A program made the position numbers and the translations under genes. Source: Octopus vulgaris (Eukaryota). Taken from it: a stretch of DNA of 64,000 nt. Location: positions 558,001 to 622,000 of the forward strand of contig OX597839.1 of assembly GCA_951406725.2 (NCBI GenBank). Reading direction: 5' to 3'. The notes under the pieces are model-generated. The model was not told the DNA's origin. It worked only from the letters and a program-made list of their open reading frames with translations, and ran no database searches. Of this stretch, positions 25,145-40,493 are shown in pieces. Position 1 is the first letter of the stretch; each line of letters begins with the position of its first letter.

Positions 25145-25548
25145 AGGGGTGGCTGTGTGGTAAGTAGCTTGCTTACCAACCACATTGTTCCGGGTTCAGT
25201 CCCACTGCGTGGCACCTTGTGTAAGTGTCTTCTGCTATAGCCCCAGGCCGACCAATGCCTTGTGAGTGGATTTGGCAGACGGAAACTGAAAGAAGCCCGT
25301 CGTATATATGTATATATATACATGCGTGTGCGTGTGTTTGTGTGTCTGTTTGTCCCCATAGCATTGCTTGACAACCGATGCTGGTGTGTTTACGTCCCCG
25401 TCACTTAGCGGTTCGGCAAAAGAGACTGATAGAATAAGTACTGGGATTACAAAGAATAAGTCCCGGGGTCGATTTGCTCGATTAAAGGCGGCGCTCCAGC
25501 ATGGCCGCATTCAAATGACTGAAACAAGTAAAAGAGTAAAAGAGTAAA
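25145..25548 (+). mobile_element. SINE family A, full length
   Basis: A/B boxes and (AAAAGAGT)n tail. Confidence 0.9.
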
Positions 25549-25769
25549 CCATAATATCTGTGACTGCCCTGTCTTTACATGTGATAAATCATTTATCCCA
25601 TAAATACAGTATAGTAGATTTATTTTATTTTATTTTTATTTTATCTAGTTTCAGCTCACAAGCTGTGGCCATGCTGCCGCACCGCCATCTGAACATTAAT
25701 CCACATTTGCCTTTCGCTGTATTTATGCAAATAAATGTGATAAATTGTTTAACATATACTTATTTCTAT

Positions 25770-26362
25770 ATTGCCCACAAGGGGCTAAAGATAGAAGGGA
25801 CAAACAAAGACAGACAAAGGGACTAAGTCGATTATATCGACCCCAGTGCGTAACTGGTACTTAATTTATCGACCCCGAAAGGAAGAAAGGCAAAGTCAAC
25901 CTCGGCGGAATTTGAACTCAGAACGTAACGGCAGATGAAATATTTATTTCTTTACTACCCTCAAGGGGCTAAACACAGAGGGGACAAACAAGGACAGACA
26001 AACGGATTAAGTCGATTACATAGACCCCAATGCGTAGCTGGTACTTATTTAATCGACCCCGAATGCATGAAAGGCAAAGTCGACCTCGGCGGAATTTGAA
26101 CTCAGAACGTAACGGCAGATGAAATACCTATTTCTTTACTACCCATAAGGGGCTAAACACAGAAAGAGGACAAGCAAGGACAGACAAACGGATTAAGTCG
26201 ATTACATCGACCCAATGCGTAACTGGTACTTATTTAATCGACCCCGAAAGCATGAAAGGCAAAGTCGACCTCGGCGGAATTTGAACTCAGAACGTAGCGG
26301 CAGACGAAATACCGCTAAGAATTTCGCCCGGCGTGCTAACGTTTCTGCCAACTCGCCGCCTT
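25770..26362 (-). mobile_element. SINE family B with 3 tandem bodies
   Basis: Reverse complement of the architecture at 5650-6248. Confidence 0.9.
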
Positions 26363-26639
26363 ACTTGTTTATCATATACGAAGTGCGTTCTTCATGCTTT
26401 GAGTCATTTTAGAGAGAGGCGGCCCGCCCTCATGGCGCTCGGACGACGGGGCTTGCACGCTTTGCGAGCTCCATGACCTTGTAACTGTAGTATATCATTA
26501 TTATATTTCTAATAAGCTGACCTGCCAACTATTTATTCCCGATTTAAAGAGACGGCTGTAACAACACTTTGAAAGCACCGTAATGTACATTGCTTGTCAC
26601 AGCTGACTGATTTGCAGAGGGCAATCGGGACGTGACGAC

Positions 26640-27110
26640 AAATTGGAAAGCTGCTGTGCAATGAAGATTTGTGTTACAGCCGGCGCGAAACTCCACAGGC
26701 ACTTACGAAATGTTGCAGGCTGTTTATGGATTAACTTGAGTGAGCCAAGAATCTGCTTTGCGATAAGACCAGATATCAGGAACAGCAAATCCACTAGGGT
26801 GATTCTGGTGATACCCACCCTTTCTTCACTGCAAAGGCATCACCGATATCCGCTGGGTTCCCTTTGGGTAGAGGGCCACCAAAGAAAATATTTAGAGATT
26901 TTGAGTGAGTTCAGGAATATATTTCGTCACAAAAGGCCAGAACACCTGCCGCAGTGGGGTTCATCAGTCGATATTCCGTCTACGAACCTAATTACTTGAC
27001 AGAGATGCGCACCAAATCTATCCCTCAGTCATCCTAAAGTCTAGGCCTTGCTCCCTGCGGATTTTGCTTGTTCCCCAAGTTGAAAGTGAAGATGAAGCGG
27101 GTTGTGAGAA
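26640..27110 (+). mobile_element. mariner transposase remnant
   Basis: SLGLAPCGFCLFPKLK resembles the YSPDLAPxDFxLF motif. Confidence 0.5.
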
Positions 27111-27801
27111 GTGTCCTGGACAGCTTCACTTTCGAGGACTACTATGGGTCCATCACTAAACGAATGGAGTGTCGTAAAAAGTGTACTGAAGACAGAGGGA
27201 CCTACTCTGAAAGAGATTAGGGTTTTGTACCTCTTTGGAAAAAGACTCAAAACGTCTGGAATGCACTTTGTAATTCATTGGAATAGAAATGAGTTTGTCA
27301 GCATCTCAATGAGAAGTGACTTATCGTAAATATGTTAGTATATGTTCAGCAGAATACACTTGTTTCTTTAAATATTTAATTGGTAATGAGCAACAGAAGT
27401 AATAACTCACCTCATTTCTCGTCACCAGATTGAAGTGCGAGACTATCTGAATTAATGGTAAATACGTGTTCGTATGCCTCGAATTTCACATTTGTATCTC
27501 CAGTTACAGTGTTTCCCACAACTTCACCAACATCACCTATAAGCTGGATTTAGAAAAAATTCATTTAACATTCATACATAAATATATAAATACACACACA
27601 TACATACATACACACACATATATACATACACACATACATATATACAAACGCACATACATACATACAAACGCACATGTGATCAGCGTGATCAAAATGAATG
27701 AACCCGAAATAAACAGAATCTTGAAGCGAACTTCTGTTAAACACGATCACATTTACACCTAGGTCAGTATTATAGTTTTCAATGATCATTAAGCAAAATA
27801 A

Positions 27802-29238
27802 TCTACTATGATAATACTCTCTGTGAATTTCACCGTCACAACATATGAATGAGAAAGGAAGGTGTGATAGATAAGGAAGGAAGGGGCGAAAAAATCAAAC
27901 AGCGTTTCAACTCTGTGTGAAAATATGTGTGTATGTGAAAAGGGAAAAGGGAGGTATGTGAATGTTTGTGTGTGTATGTGTGTGTGTGTGTGTGTGTGTG
28001 CAATGGAAGTGGGATGGTGATATAATAATACTAATACTCTTGTGTCTTTCTCCGTCTCAATACATGAATGAGAAAGGAAGATGATAGGGGAATAAGAAAG
28101 GATGGGGTGAAAAAGAAAATTCAAACAGCGTTTCAGCTCTGTGCGAGTATATGTGTGTATGCGTGTGCGTGTACAAGGGAAGTATGTGAATGTTTGTATG
28201 TGTGAACCAGCGTTCTTTCAGTAACAAACGATGATCGATGTCACATCTCAAGACGACCACGAGATAGCATTGACAAAAGTATTAATTTGATTTACCATCC
28301 ATATTCTTTTTATCTGTTTCGTTAAAAACGGTTATTACAATCAGACACACCTACACAAACATATCAATATACAAACTCATTAGAGATAATAATTATTGCC
28401 TGAGTGTATCATGAATATAAAACAACTGTAGTTGAAAGGTATATTATAAATACACATCTTCATCTAACAGTTTATACATGTCTTAATTTGTAGAACAAGT
28501 AGACAGATAAATTTCATTCAACGCATAGATACTGAACAGTATATATATAAAGGATAAAATCTTTTTTTTTCTTTTTAAAGCAGAAAATTTTCTTTTTAAA
28601 GCAGAAAAATTTCCCTCTAATATCCGATTGGAATACTTTACCATTTAAGCTAAACTACCTGACCGCCAAATTCTTCTGCAGTTATAGAATCATCCTGGAA
28701 AAACATCAAAGAAAAAAAAAAGGATTTTATCCTTTATATATATATATAGGATAAAATCCATTTTCTCTTTTTAGAAGCAGAAAAATGTGTCGGTAGCCAG
28801 CCATGAGGATCGAACTCACATTCTTCTATTAACCGGTGGAAATGCTTTACCATTTAAGCTAAACCGCCTGACCGGTTTAGTACCTATGCATTGAATAAAA
28901 CTTTTTATCCATTTGGTTAAAAACGATTATTACAATCACACACACCTACACAAACATTAGTATCTATGCGTTGAATAAAATGTACCTGTCTACTTATTCT
29001 ACAATTCATTTCAACGCTTCGAAAATAAATTTGTTTGTTTACATATGTCTTAATATATTTATATTAAGAAATTTTACCCAGAGTTCTTTCAGTAACTCTT
29101 CATAAACTAAACAGAGTTAGATTTTACGCAAAAATTTGGTAATAAAAGAGTTATTAGACTAAAAACTTGATTTTGTACCTTATTTATATATAGAATACTA
29201 CAATAAGCCGTCATTTTTGACGGCACGGGATCAGCTAG
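27802..29238 (+). mobile_element. non-autonomous Helitron (5' end tentative)
   Basis: 3' hairpin GCCGTCA-TTTT-TGACGGC then CTAG|T; candidate A|TC start at 27802. Confidence 0.55.
28795..28870 (-). pseudogene. tRNA-like sequence (pseudogene or SINE head)
   Basis: TAGCTTAAATGG A-box, GAGTTCGATCC B-box; anticodon stem poor; partial second copy at 28610-28665. Confidence 0.5.
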
Positions 29239-29239
29239 T

Positions 29240-30699
<1,460 letters not shown>

Positions 30700-31152
30700 G
30701 CAGGTGAGAAGAGAGCACTTACGCCTATCAAACGGGGATCCCAGCCTCCATGACCTGCTTGGTTTTCTTCAATGTTTTCACATCAACACTTATTACTACC
30801 TTTTCACCTTCTTCAAAACAAGAACACATTGCAACTCGTTTGTATTTGCAAATTCACCTGAAACAAGAACATCAATCTATTGTATCAAATTCATAATAAC
30901 AAAGTGTATATATGTAGATTACAGATACATACATATATACAAACTTAACCGTCTAACCACTATAATTCATCACAAGATTACACACGTGTTGAAATGATGA
31001 TTTAAAGGGGTTAGACGATTTAACGTCTCTTTTCGGTATATAGGAAAGATTTTTCTCTGACTTGATTATAATTATATGTTGATTTTACCTTAATTGGTCT
31101 ATTTTTATATGCTGGCCGCTGATAAAGTTTTTAACAATTTTATCTTTTATTA

Positions 31153-31590
31153 TTATAAAAGTATCCGGCGTTGCTCGGAAGTTAAAGGAATGTTAAAGGA
31201 AATAAATATATTCATACTGATAAAAAAACATATTTTCAGAAAAAGTCTGTCAGTTGACGTGGGTATAAACAAAGGGTTATTAAAACAAATCCTGAAATCA
31301 ATCACAGTTTAATTATGTAGAACTTCTAAATAGACAATGTTTTCAATGTGTCCTTTAATTGGTGTACAAAGAAAAAGAGTTCTGGGACTTCCAACTCCCG
31401 AACATCCTACATAAAATTGCCCATCAGAGAAGCAAGATTAAGTTCAACAACGTTGAGAGATTGTGCTTGAGGTTTGTTTATGGACATAGCAAAACTTTCG
31501 AACTGGAGCCGTTTAAATTCACAGGGGAGGTGAGGTGAGATTAATGGGATCCGTGGAATGAAGACATCGTCACCCTTATATTTCCGAAGA
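31153..31590 (-). mobile_element. Helitron 3' fragment with PIF1-like helicase C-terminus
   Basis: DVFIPRIPL..EFKRLQF..SFAMSINKPQAQSL..FYVGCSGVGSP..NIVYLEVL; CCGAGCAACGCCGG subterminal hairpin. Confidence 0.85.
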
Positions 31591-31880
31591 GAAATGAATT
31601 TTGGCGGTGAGGACTAAACCCCTTCTTTCTTTATCACAATTAAAAGTGTTTATCATTAATTAGGAAAATACTTGATTGATGGTTTCTGAGGCATGTGCGT
31701 GTGTGTGCGTGTGTGTGAATGTGTGTTTGCTTGTGTGTTTGCTTGTGTATGTGTGTGTGTGTGCGTGTGTGTGTGCGTGTGTGTGTATACACGTATCTAT
31801 TTATAAGATGAAGAGACACATTTGCATCGTCGGATGCTCCTGAATCACTACTTTGAAGAGATAGATAGATAGATAGATAT

Positions 31881-31924
<44 letters not shown>

Positions 31925-32715
31925 GTAGATAGAGAGTGAGAGAGAGAGAGAGAGAGAGACAGGAGAGAGGGAGAGAATTAAACCAATTTGCTCATCTTAC
32001 CCATATTACAGCTGCCATACCATTCTTGCAATTTCTGTGACTTGTAAAGCTATACGCTGTAAAATCAGGTAATTTCTTTCGAAATACCATGCAATGAATG
32101 ACTTCTTAAATTGGAATTATCTCACCATCAATAATTTGCATGCACACCCGGAGATAAAGTTACTTTTCAATCACCTTTTCCCTGTCGAGTCTGACTCTTA
32201 AAGAAAACGGGCCTGTCTCACATTTACTTCCTTTCTGCTGAGCCTATCAGCATCTTTCGGGTCCTGATGCTTCTTTACTTTCTTTTAGAAATTAAAACAC
32301 ATCAAACGTGATCTAAAAGCAAAAGAGATATGAGGAGAAATAAAGGAATAAATAAGTTACCTTAATGCGAGACAAGTGATTTGTTGCGTGGAAACGTTGG
32401 TTCTCTTCAGGAGGGAACTTTGGCTTTGGCTCAGATACAGCAATGACTGTCTCAAAACATTGTGTCAGAATGTGTTTACCTCTCTTCGCATATCGACTTA
32501 TATGTGTTCCTTAGGAACGAGAAAGAGTGGTAGTAAGAGAAGATCGAACAGAGAATGAGTTGTTGAGAGAAGATCGTATAGCAAATGCCGGGTATTGTTC
32601 TCATGGGTATTGTTTTACTGGAGATTTTGTGTCGCCTACACTTAGATACGGCAATTACCCATTGTAGTCACCAGGAAGTTATGGAAATGGTGGTGGGGGT
32701 ACAGGAGAGATTGCT

Positions 32716-32771
<56 letters not shown>

Positions 32772-32857
32772 TGTTATATTTCGGAATGGTCACAACAAAT
32801 ATTTAAACGAACTACATATATGTATATATAAATATATATGTACATATATATATATAT

Positions 32858-32967
<110 letters not shown>

Positions 32968-33398
32968 GTATGTATATGTACATATACATATACATATGTA
33001 CGTATGTATATATATATATATATTTACTTATATATACACAGTAAGAAAAAAATGGAGGGGATACTGATGTAGTATGTATCAACTGTTAGCCATTATATTA
33101 TGTCTATTTATTTATTTATTTATTTATTTATTTATTTTAAACAATTATGAGAATATATATACATGTGTGTTTTACATATATAAAGCACTAGTAATTTCTT
33201 CAATAGAGGAATAAGAACAGCTGCTTCTGCCAAGATGTCACAGTACTCCACGTGTTATCTTCTCAATGTAATGTAGTGATCGGTAGATAAAATTAGGGTA
33301 CTTGGGTGTGTCTCTAGGCGTCGTCAGAGTGTTTAGGAGAGGATTTAAAAAGTTCAGAGGGCGAATTTATGTATATATAAATATACATATACACACTC

Positions 33399-33451
<53 letters not shown>

Positions 33452-33470
33452 AATATGTTACATTACTCGG

Positions 33471-33544
33471 TAGTCAAGATAAAACTCTGAGTTTCAGATG
33501 CCGAAGTGGAAATCCACAACACCATCTCTTCGGTTATCTGGCTA
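33471..33544 (-). ncRNA. hammerhead-like motif in 3' pLTR
   Basis: AGATAA-CCGAAGA-GATG..CATC-TGAA-ACTCAGAGT-T-TTATCT. Confidence 0.6.
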
Positions 33545-33585
33545 TTTGAAAACGCTATGAAAAAATACCGTTAAATAAAGGGAAA

Positions 33586-35792
33586 TTACTGTGTTATAAC
33601 TCTGCTTGCCTGCGTACTTATACATCGCTCGCATTTTTCGTCATAAAAATTATATAAAAATACATTAAAAAAATATAAAAATATATAAAAATATATGTTT
33701 TCTTTAGGGGACCAAAAACGTAACAGAAATTTAGTCACATGTGGGCATGATCCGAAAAGCTCTGTCCTTGTATTTAGACATGTAGTAGGGTCTAAGCTGC
33801 TTTTCCAGATAAGCCATCTCTCCATGTCGCATAGACCGCACCTTCCGCTGCCGTTGGTATAGGGCTTACATCTGGCCAAAATCTTCCATTGTATGTTATA
33901 ATCGACACCTTTATCTCTTAAAGACCAAATATGATTAGATAATTGTGTCGCTTTTCTTTTGTTCCAGTGCCTAAAGCTCAAAGTGTGGTTATTGAACCTG
34001 GCCTTGAAATTACCCTCTGTAAGGCCCACGTATTTCTTCGTCGAAACAGTGTCTTTAGTGGTTATAGAGTTTACGGTAGCTTCATATATGATGGTCTTGG
34101 ACATGCAAGCTCCATTTAGCGGGCACAATTCTTTATTCCTGCATGAACAGCTGTTTTCTTGTTGTGTTTTTTGTATGTTATGTTTGATTATGTTTTTAAA
34201 ATTGGTAGTTGAACTAAAACTAATTTTTAAATTGTGTCTATTGAAGAGTTTCCTATATAAGTATGGTTAACTGGAAAATGTCTATCTATCAGTGCTAGGA
34301 AATATTTACCTATATTGAAGGCCACCTCGGGTGAGTAAACCAGATGACCTTCCTATTTCTATTATTGCTTTTCCTTACTGTTGGGCTAGTGATAGGTGTA
34401 TATTTTATTTTTTCGCTAAAACCACTATCTTTTAAAGCCTTATTATAAACTGGGGCAACGCTATTGAAGATGTCCTCATTAGAGAAGAGGCTAGAAATCC
34501 TCTTACTAATATTTTAAACTAAATTTTTGAATACTATAGGGGGATGGCATGAACCTACATTAATATAACTTAGTCTATCATTGGGCTTCCTATAAGGCTT
34601 ATAGATATTCTTATTAAGATCTAAGGAAACGTTTAAGAAATTGACAACCGTCAGGTTAGTATCTATAGTTATACTAAGTCCGAAGTATTTCATTAACTGG
34701 ATAATATCCTTCCTAAAACGATCTTGTGCTGGTCCATTTGTATTAGCTGTTAAGGCGAGGGTATCATCTTTGTAGATGGCGAAATGTACGTTAGAGAATG
34801 TCTTACCTAGGAGAAAAAGTCCAATTAGGTCACAGATGCCTGCCCCATCATATGAACCCATGCTCACATCGAAAGTGCCCTCTGTGTCGGTGTTTTTTAC
34901 CCACTTTGCGTTCTCACTGAAAAGTAATGTCTTTCTAGCATGGAAGGTTATGTCCTTATCATTGGTACTAATTTCTATGAAGTCGCTAGCGAAGATGAGG
35001 GCTTTATCTAGCAGTTCTTTAGAGATAGAGGCATAAAAATCAACAATATCGAATTGTGTAAACCTCGCTTTTTTCTTATTCTAATAGCTTTAAACGACTT
35101 CTATACTATTGGACCATTGTACTAGCCTAGTATCGGTCTTAATTTTCGTATTTATTTTATCTAAAATTTCTTTACTAATAATCCCAAGTTCTGACTTGGC
35201 TGGGTTGATAAGCCTACATTTAGGGTTGGAAAGGAAGTTTTGTTTGTGATCTTTAATAGTAATAAAGGCCTCTTTTTGGGGGAGGGCTTCTATTTTTTTT
35301 ATCTAATTTAAGTTTAGCGGCGATGACGCTAGCTTCTTTATTAATTTCGTTATATGTCTGTGCCCTAGCCTTAGTATAATTATTAATGATGCTGTTGTGT
35401 AAGAGTTGTGTGTATTTGCTGTTATCTACCAGGTATAAGTTCTTGGTTTTATCCGAAAAAAGTGCATTTTTCTTGGAGATTTTTATATGTTTAATATCTT
35501 TTTTCAATTTATGTTGGAAATCGTTAAAAGACTAACGAAATTTTATTTTGCTCATAATTTTCAGCAGGTCCGCTTCGAAATCTTCCAAGCCTTTAATACT
35601 AGGAGGGAATTTTTTGGATTTTATTCGATAGAAAATGTTTTCCTTGGTGTCCGCTTCTGTATCAAAAAAGAAAGCCTTCCATCTCATATGCTTAATTACA
35701 TCAGTAATTTTCTGTAGAAGTTTCTTAGAGTAAAATTCCTTTGATGGGATCGGTATATTTTTCATAGAATAATCTATGTGATATGCATCCAT
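33586..35792 (-). pseudogene. PLE RT + GIY-YIG ORF, disrupted
   Basis: Collinear ORF pieces 35532-35792, 35253-35507, 34514-34867, 33586-34128. Confidence 0.9.
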
Positions 35793-36854
35793 ATTAAATT
35801 CTTCTGTGTGTGAGAGTCCTCAACCGATGTTAGGCGATAATCCAAAAAGGCCGTATTAGCTCTTAGTTGAGAATAACGTCGTCCGGGAGGTGATTTATTG
35901 ATAAAACGGTAAGATAACAAAAGAAAGAAAGAGACCTCAATATTATGTAAATAGAGGAAATTTATCTATACAATAATATGTTACATTACTCGGTAGTCAA
36001 GATAAAACTTCAGATGCCGAAGTGGAAATCCACAACACCATCTCTTCGGTTATCTGGCTATTTGAAAACGCTATGAAAAAATACCGTTAAATAAAGGGAA
36101 ATTACTGTGTTATAACTCTGCTTGCCTGCGTACTTATACATCGCTCGCATTTTTCGTCATAAAAATTATATAAAAATACATAAAAAATATATAAAAATAT
36201 ATAAAAATATATAAAATCTTCTTGGGACATAACATAGAAAGCATGTTCTATCTGTTTTCTTTAGGGACCAAAAACGTAACAGAAATTTAGTCACATGTGG
36301 GCATGATCCGAAAAGCTCTGTCCTTGTATTTAGACATGTAGTAGGGTCTAAGCTGCTTTTCCAGATAAGCCATCTCTCCATGTCGCATAGACCACACCTT
36401 CCGCTGCCGTTGGTATAGGGCTTACATCTGGCCAAAATCTTCCATTGTATGTTATAATCGACACCTTTATCTCTTAAAGACCAAATATGATTAGATAATT
36501 GTGTCGCTTTTCTTTGTTCCAGTGCCTAAAGCTCAAAGTGTGGTTATTGAACCTGGCCTTGAAATTACCCTACTACATGTCTAAATACAAGGACAGAGCT
36601 TTTAGGATCATGCCCACATGTGACTAAATTTCTGTTACATTTTTGGTTCCCTAAAGAAAACAGATAGAATATGCTTTCTATGTTATGTCCCAAGAAGAAT
36701 TTATATATTTTTATATATTTTTATATATTTTTTATGTATTTTTATGTAATTTTTATGACGAAAAATGCGAGCGATGTATAAGTACGCAGGCAAGCAGAGT
36801 TATAACACAGTAATTTCCCTTTGTATAACGGTATTTTTTCATAGCGTTTTCAAA

Positions 36855-36928
36855 TAGCCAGATAACCGAAGAGATGGTGTTGTGGATTTCCACTTCGGCA
36901 TCTGAAACTCAGAGTTTTATCTTGACTA
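36855..36928 (+). ncRNA. hammerhead-like motif in inverted pLTR
   Basis: Stem I AGATAA/TTATCT, core CCGAAGA + GAAA, stem III ACTC/GAGT, GUU triplet. Confidence 0.6.
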
Positions 36929-37021
36929 CCGAGTAATGTAACATATTATTGTATAGATAAATTTCCTCTATTTACATAATATTGAGGTCTCTTTCTTTCT
37001 TTTGTTATCTTACCGTTTTAT

Positions 37022-37057
<36 letters not shown>

Positions 37058-38030
37058 ATTATTATTATTATCTTTATAATTCACTTCCATCTTTAACTTT
37101 TAATTGTCACTTTAATTTTAACTTTCCTATGATATACAATTTTCAAGATGGTATAATTTGGTTGTTCATTTTGAACCGATAAAAAGGTTTTTTCAAATAT
37201 TTTATGTATAAGTCTGTGTGTGTGTATATATATGTGTTGGTATAAATATCAACACACAAAAATATTTTTTCTTCACTTCCTCCCTTATTTTTATTTTTAT
37301 TTTTTTATTTTTTTATTTTTTATTTTTTATATTTTTATTTATTCTTTATATTTTTTATTTTTTATTTATTTATTTATTTTTAATTTTTATATTTCTATAT
37401 TTTTTTATTTTTTTATTTTTTTATTTTTATTATTATTTTTATTTTCCCTTTTCTCTTTTTGTCTCTCTCCCCTTCTCCAAACACACAGACACACACACAC
37501 ACACACACATACACACACACACACACACACACGCACGCACACAAAAACACATACGGACACACAGACACACACACACACACACACACACCTCCACAGAATG
37601 ATCATAGAAAGTGTGACCCCAAATGACATTTGCCAGGCCAACCTACGCACAACACAAACTCAGTGACATCGAAATGGACGGCCAAAGTTCTTATAAAACC
37701 ACAGGAGGTCCAGCAGACCAACGGAAATAACACTTCTTCACTCTCAGATATAAACGCGCGCACACACACACACACACACACGCACACACACATATATACA
37801 CACACACACACACATACACATACACACATTTTTTCTCTGTCTCACTTCCTCCTCACCCACTACTACGAAACTATAAAATGTTCAAACTCCCCACAACTGA
37901 TTTGATTTGAAAAGCCCACTAGAATGGGAGCAAGCGCTAATCCGAATGATATGATATGATATATATGTAAAAAATGTAATATATAAATAAATATCTACAA
38001 ATATGAACCATCTGATCTGATTACCTCATT

Positions 38031-38087
<57 letters not shown>

Positions 38088-38159
38088 AAATTTAATAATA
38101 ATTGTAATTTAGATAATGTAGTCTATAATGTAGTCTTTAATAGATGATAAGAATTTGAA

Positions 38160-38640
38160 TTATCATAATTTGAACACTATATAGGGTCCTCTTCGAATAA
38201 AATTAAATCAAGAGTAGCTCAACATATGTATTCTTTTGGGAATAAAAATCTAATAAATTCAACAGGTCTCAGTAAATATATTTGGGACCTTAAATCTAGA
38301 TCCATTAATTATAAATTAACTTGGGAGATTATTTGTAGGGCTAAATCATATTGTATAGGGCAGTGCTTTTCAAACTTTTTGCTGGAGCGGAACCCCAAGG
38401 AAACACTCCACTGGCTCGAGGAACACCTGTGCAATAATTTAATAGTCTTATGCACACATATCTGCACAAGAGAATTAAAAATTACTCCCGAATTTAGCAG
38501 TTTTGTAACTTCTTGCGGAACCCCTGCACTGTACTGGCGGAACCCTAAGGTTCCGCGGAACCCTGGTTGAAAACCACTGGTATAGGGAGTAATTATTTTT
38601 CATTGTGTAATAATGAATTCAAAGAAATATTATTTAATAA
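38160..38640 (+). mobile_element. second PLE GIY-YIG fragment split by a hAT MITE (inverted paralog at 8360-8840)
   Basis: HYIGSSSNKIKSRVAQHMYSF..TGLSKYIWDLK..LTWEII..SYCIG|SNYFSLCNNE reads through once the MITE is removed. Confidence 0.8.
38361..38579. mobile_element. hAT MITE
   Basis: Perfect 8-bp TSD GTATAGGG; TIR CAGTGCTTTTCAA/TTGAAAACCACTG. Confidence 0.92.
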
Positions 38641-38949
38641 CAATTATGTGTTGATAAATTCATTAGAGGAATTAATTTATCAACACACAAATACATACTG
38701 TCTGCGATGGGTAAATTGTCGCCATTTATATTTTTAGTTTGGCGCATGCATATTGATTGCTTTTGTTTTTTTTTTTGTGGACTACACAGTATAGCAGGTT
38801 CTGTTGTGAGAGACACAGCACCATGACATAATTCATTCACTCAGCAATTAAGAAATGACATGCTGTACTGCTTGGCATTCACGCCAGAAGATCCAATACG
38901 AATATTTCATAGTATATGGCTGTCAATCCGAGGATAATGCAGAGGATTT

Positions 38950-39560
38950 GGAAAGAATTGGATGAGTCTAATGGTGATTACGAAGTTTTTTGGAGTGATC
39001 AATAGTGATGGCGATGTTATACCTCCATTCAGCATTCTACACGGCCCCAGGCTCAAAATGGAGATACATGAAGTGCCTGGAGGAGGTAATAGTGCCCTGG
39101 ATCATGAGGGTGGCTGCTGGAAGATCCTATGTGTGGCAACAGGACTCTGGCCCATGTCACACAAGTAGGAGAACCTAGTCCTCATCTGTCAGACAATTTC
39201 TGCGACCACATTACTCCTAGAATTTGGCCACCTAACTCCACACACTGCAACCCTCTTGATTGCTATGTGTGAAGCGCAGTTGAGCGACAGACCAACAAAA
39301 TTCCTTGAGACACTAGAAATGAACTGAAGACAAGGGTTATGGCAGCATTCTCGAACTTAACCAAGAAGATCATCCAGAAGAGTTGTAGTAGAATCCAAAG
39401 TCATCTGCAGGTCGTGGTTTGACCCAATGGCGATTTTATTAAATAAGGTTACTCTTTAGTATTTCAAGATATCTTAATGTCATTTTCGTAAATATTGAAA
39501 TGGCTGTGTCAGTTTCCTTTTTGCGCAATTTTAATGACAATTTATCCATCGTAAACTATG
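38950..39560 (+). mobile_element. Tc1/mariner (DD37D-like) transposase 3' remnant
   Basis: SYVWQQDSGPCHTS and IWPPNSTHCNPLDCYV motifs. Confidence 0.8.
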
Positions 39561-40455
39561 TATGTATGTATGTATGTATGTATGTATGTATGTATGTATG
39601 TATGTATGTATGTATGTATGTATGTATGTATGTATGTATGTATGTATGTTTGTATGTATGTATATATGCATGTATGTATGTATGCATGTATGTATGTATG
39701 TATATATATATATTTATATATAGGTATAAATATATATCGTTAAAGCATCTTCCTTTTACTTAGCAATCAAACTGCACAGTAGAAAACAAGGTCACCATAC
39801 TCTGGTTCAAGTCCTTGTAAGATGTTTAAACTGGCGTCGTGCACATTTCGGCCAAATGCCGCTGAGTTTCCCGTGTTTCTGCAGTTGTTATTGGCAATTA
39901 GTAACATAGTGCCCCACTTTCTAAGAGTTGTGGCATACCGTCGAAGTAGGCACTGCAGTCCACTCTGTGTTTCGGACTGCCATCCATCCCCAGCAGTTGG
40001 GCGAAGTGATGCTGAAACACCCCCACACATCTGCTTGGGCTCGTGTATTATGCGCACATTTTGATCAACCAAAGACCGAAATGTGGCTTTGATGACATGT
40101 TGCACCTCTGCCACTCGAGCAGTTTTCATCGCCTCTTCTTTAAGAGCTTGCAACTTGTTATGTGTGTACACACACATGTACACACATAACAACACACACA
40201 GACATGTGTGTGTATGTGTTTGTCTGTGTGTAAGCTTGTGTGTGTATGTATGTGTTTATATGACAGGACCTTTTCAGGTTCCATCCGCATAAAAGGCTTT
40301 CGTCGACCCGAAGCAATTTTAGAAGACACTCAAGCTGCCAGGCTGTGGGACTGAACTCGAGACCATGTTTTTGAGAAGCTAAATTCTTTCCATATTGCTA
40401 CGCCTACAAAGCTAGCTATCTAGATAAGTAGATAGATAGATAGAGAGAGAGAGAG

Positions 40456-40493
<38 letters not shown>

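Larger units (their letters stand above)
33448..37026 (-). mobile_element. Penelope-like element (Naiad-type), near full length, frameshifted; tandem and inverted pLTRs
   Basis: YSMKNIPIPS..MRWKAFFF N-terminus; SMGSYDGA, YKDD, YRKPND RT motifs; IYEA..YVGLT GIY-YIG with CPLNGAC and CGLC; (TA)n on both sides. Confidence 0.92.
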
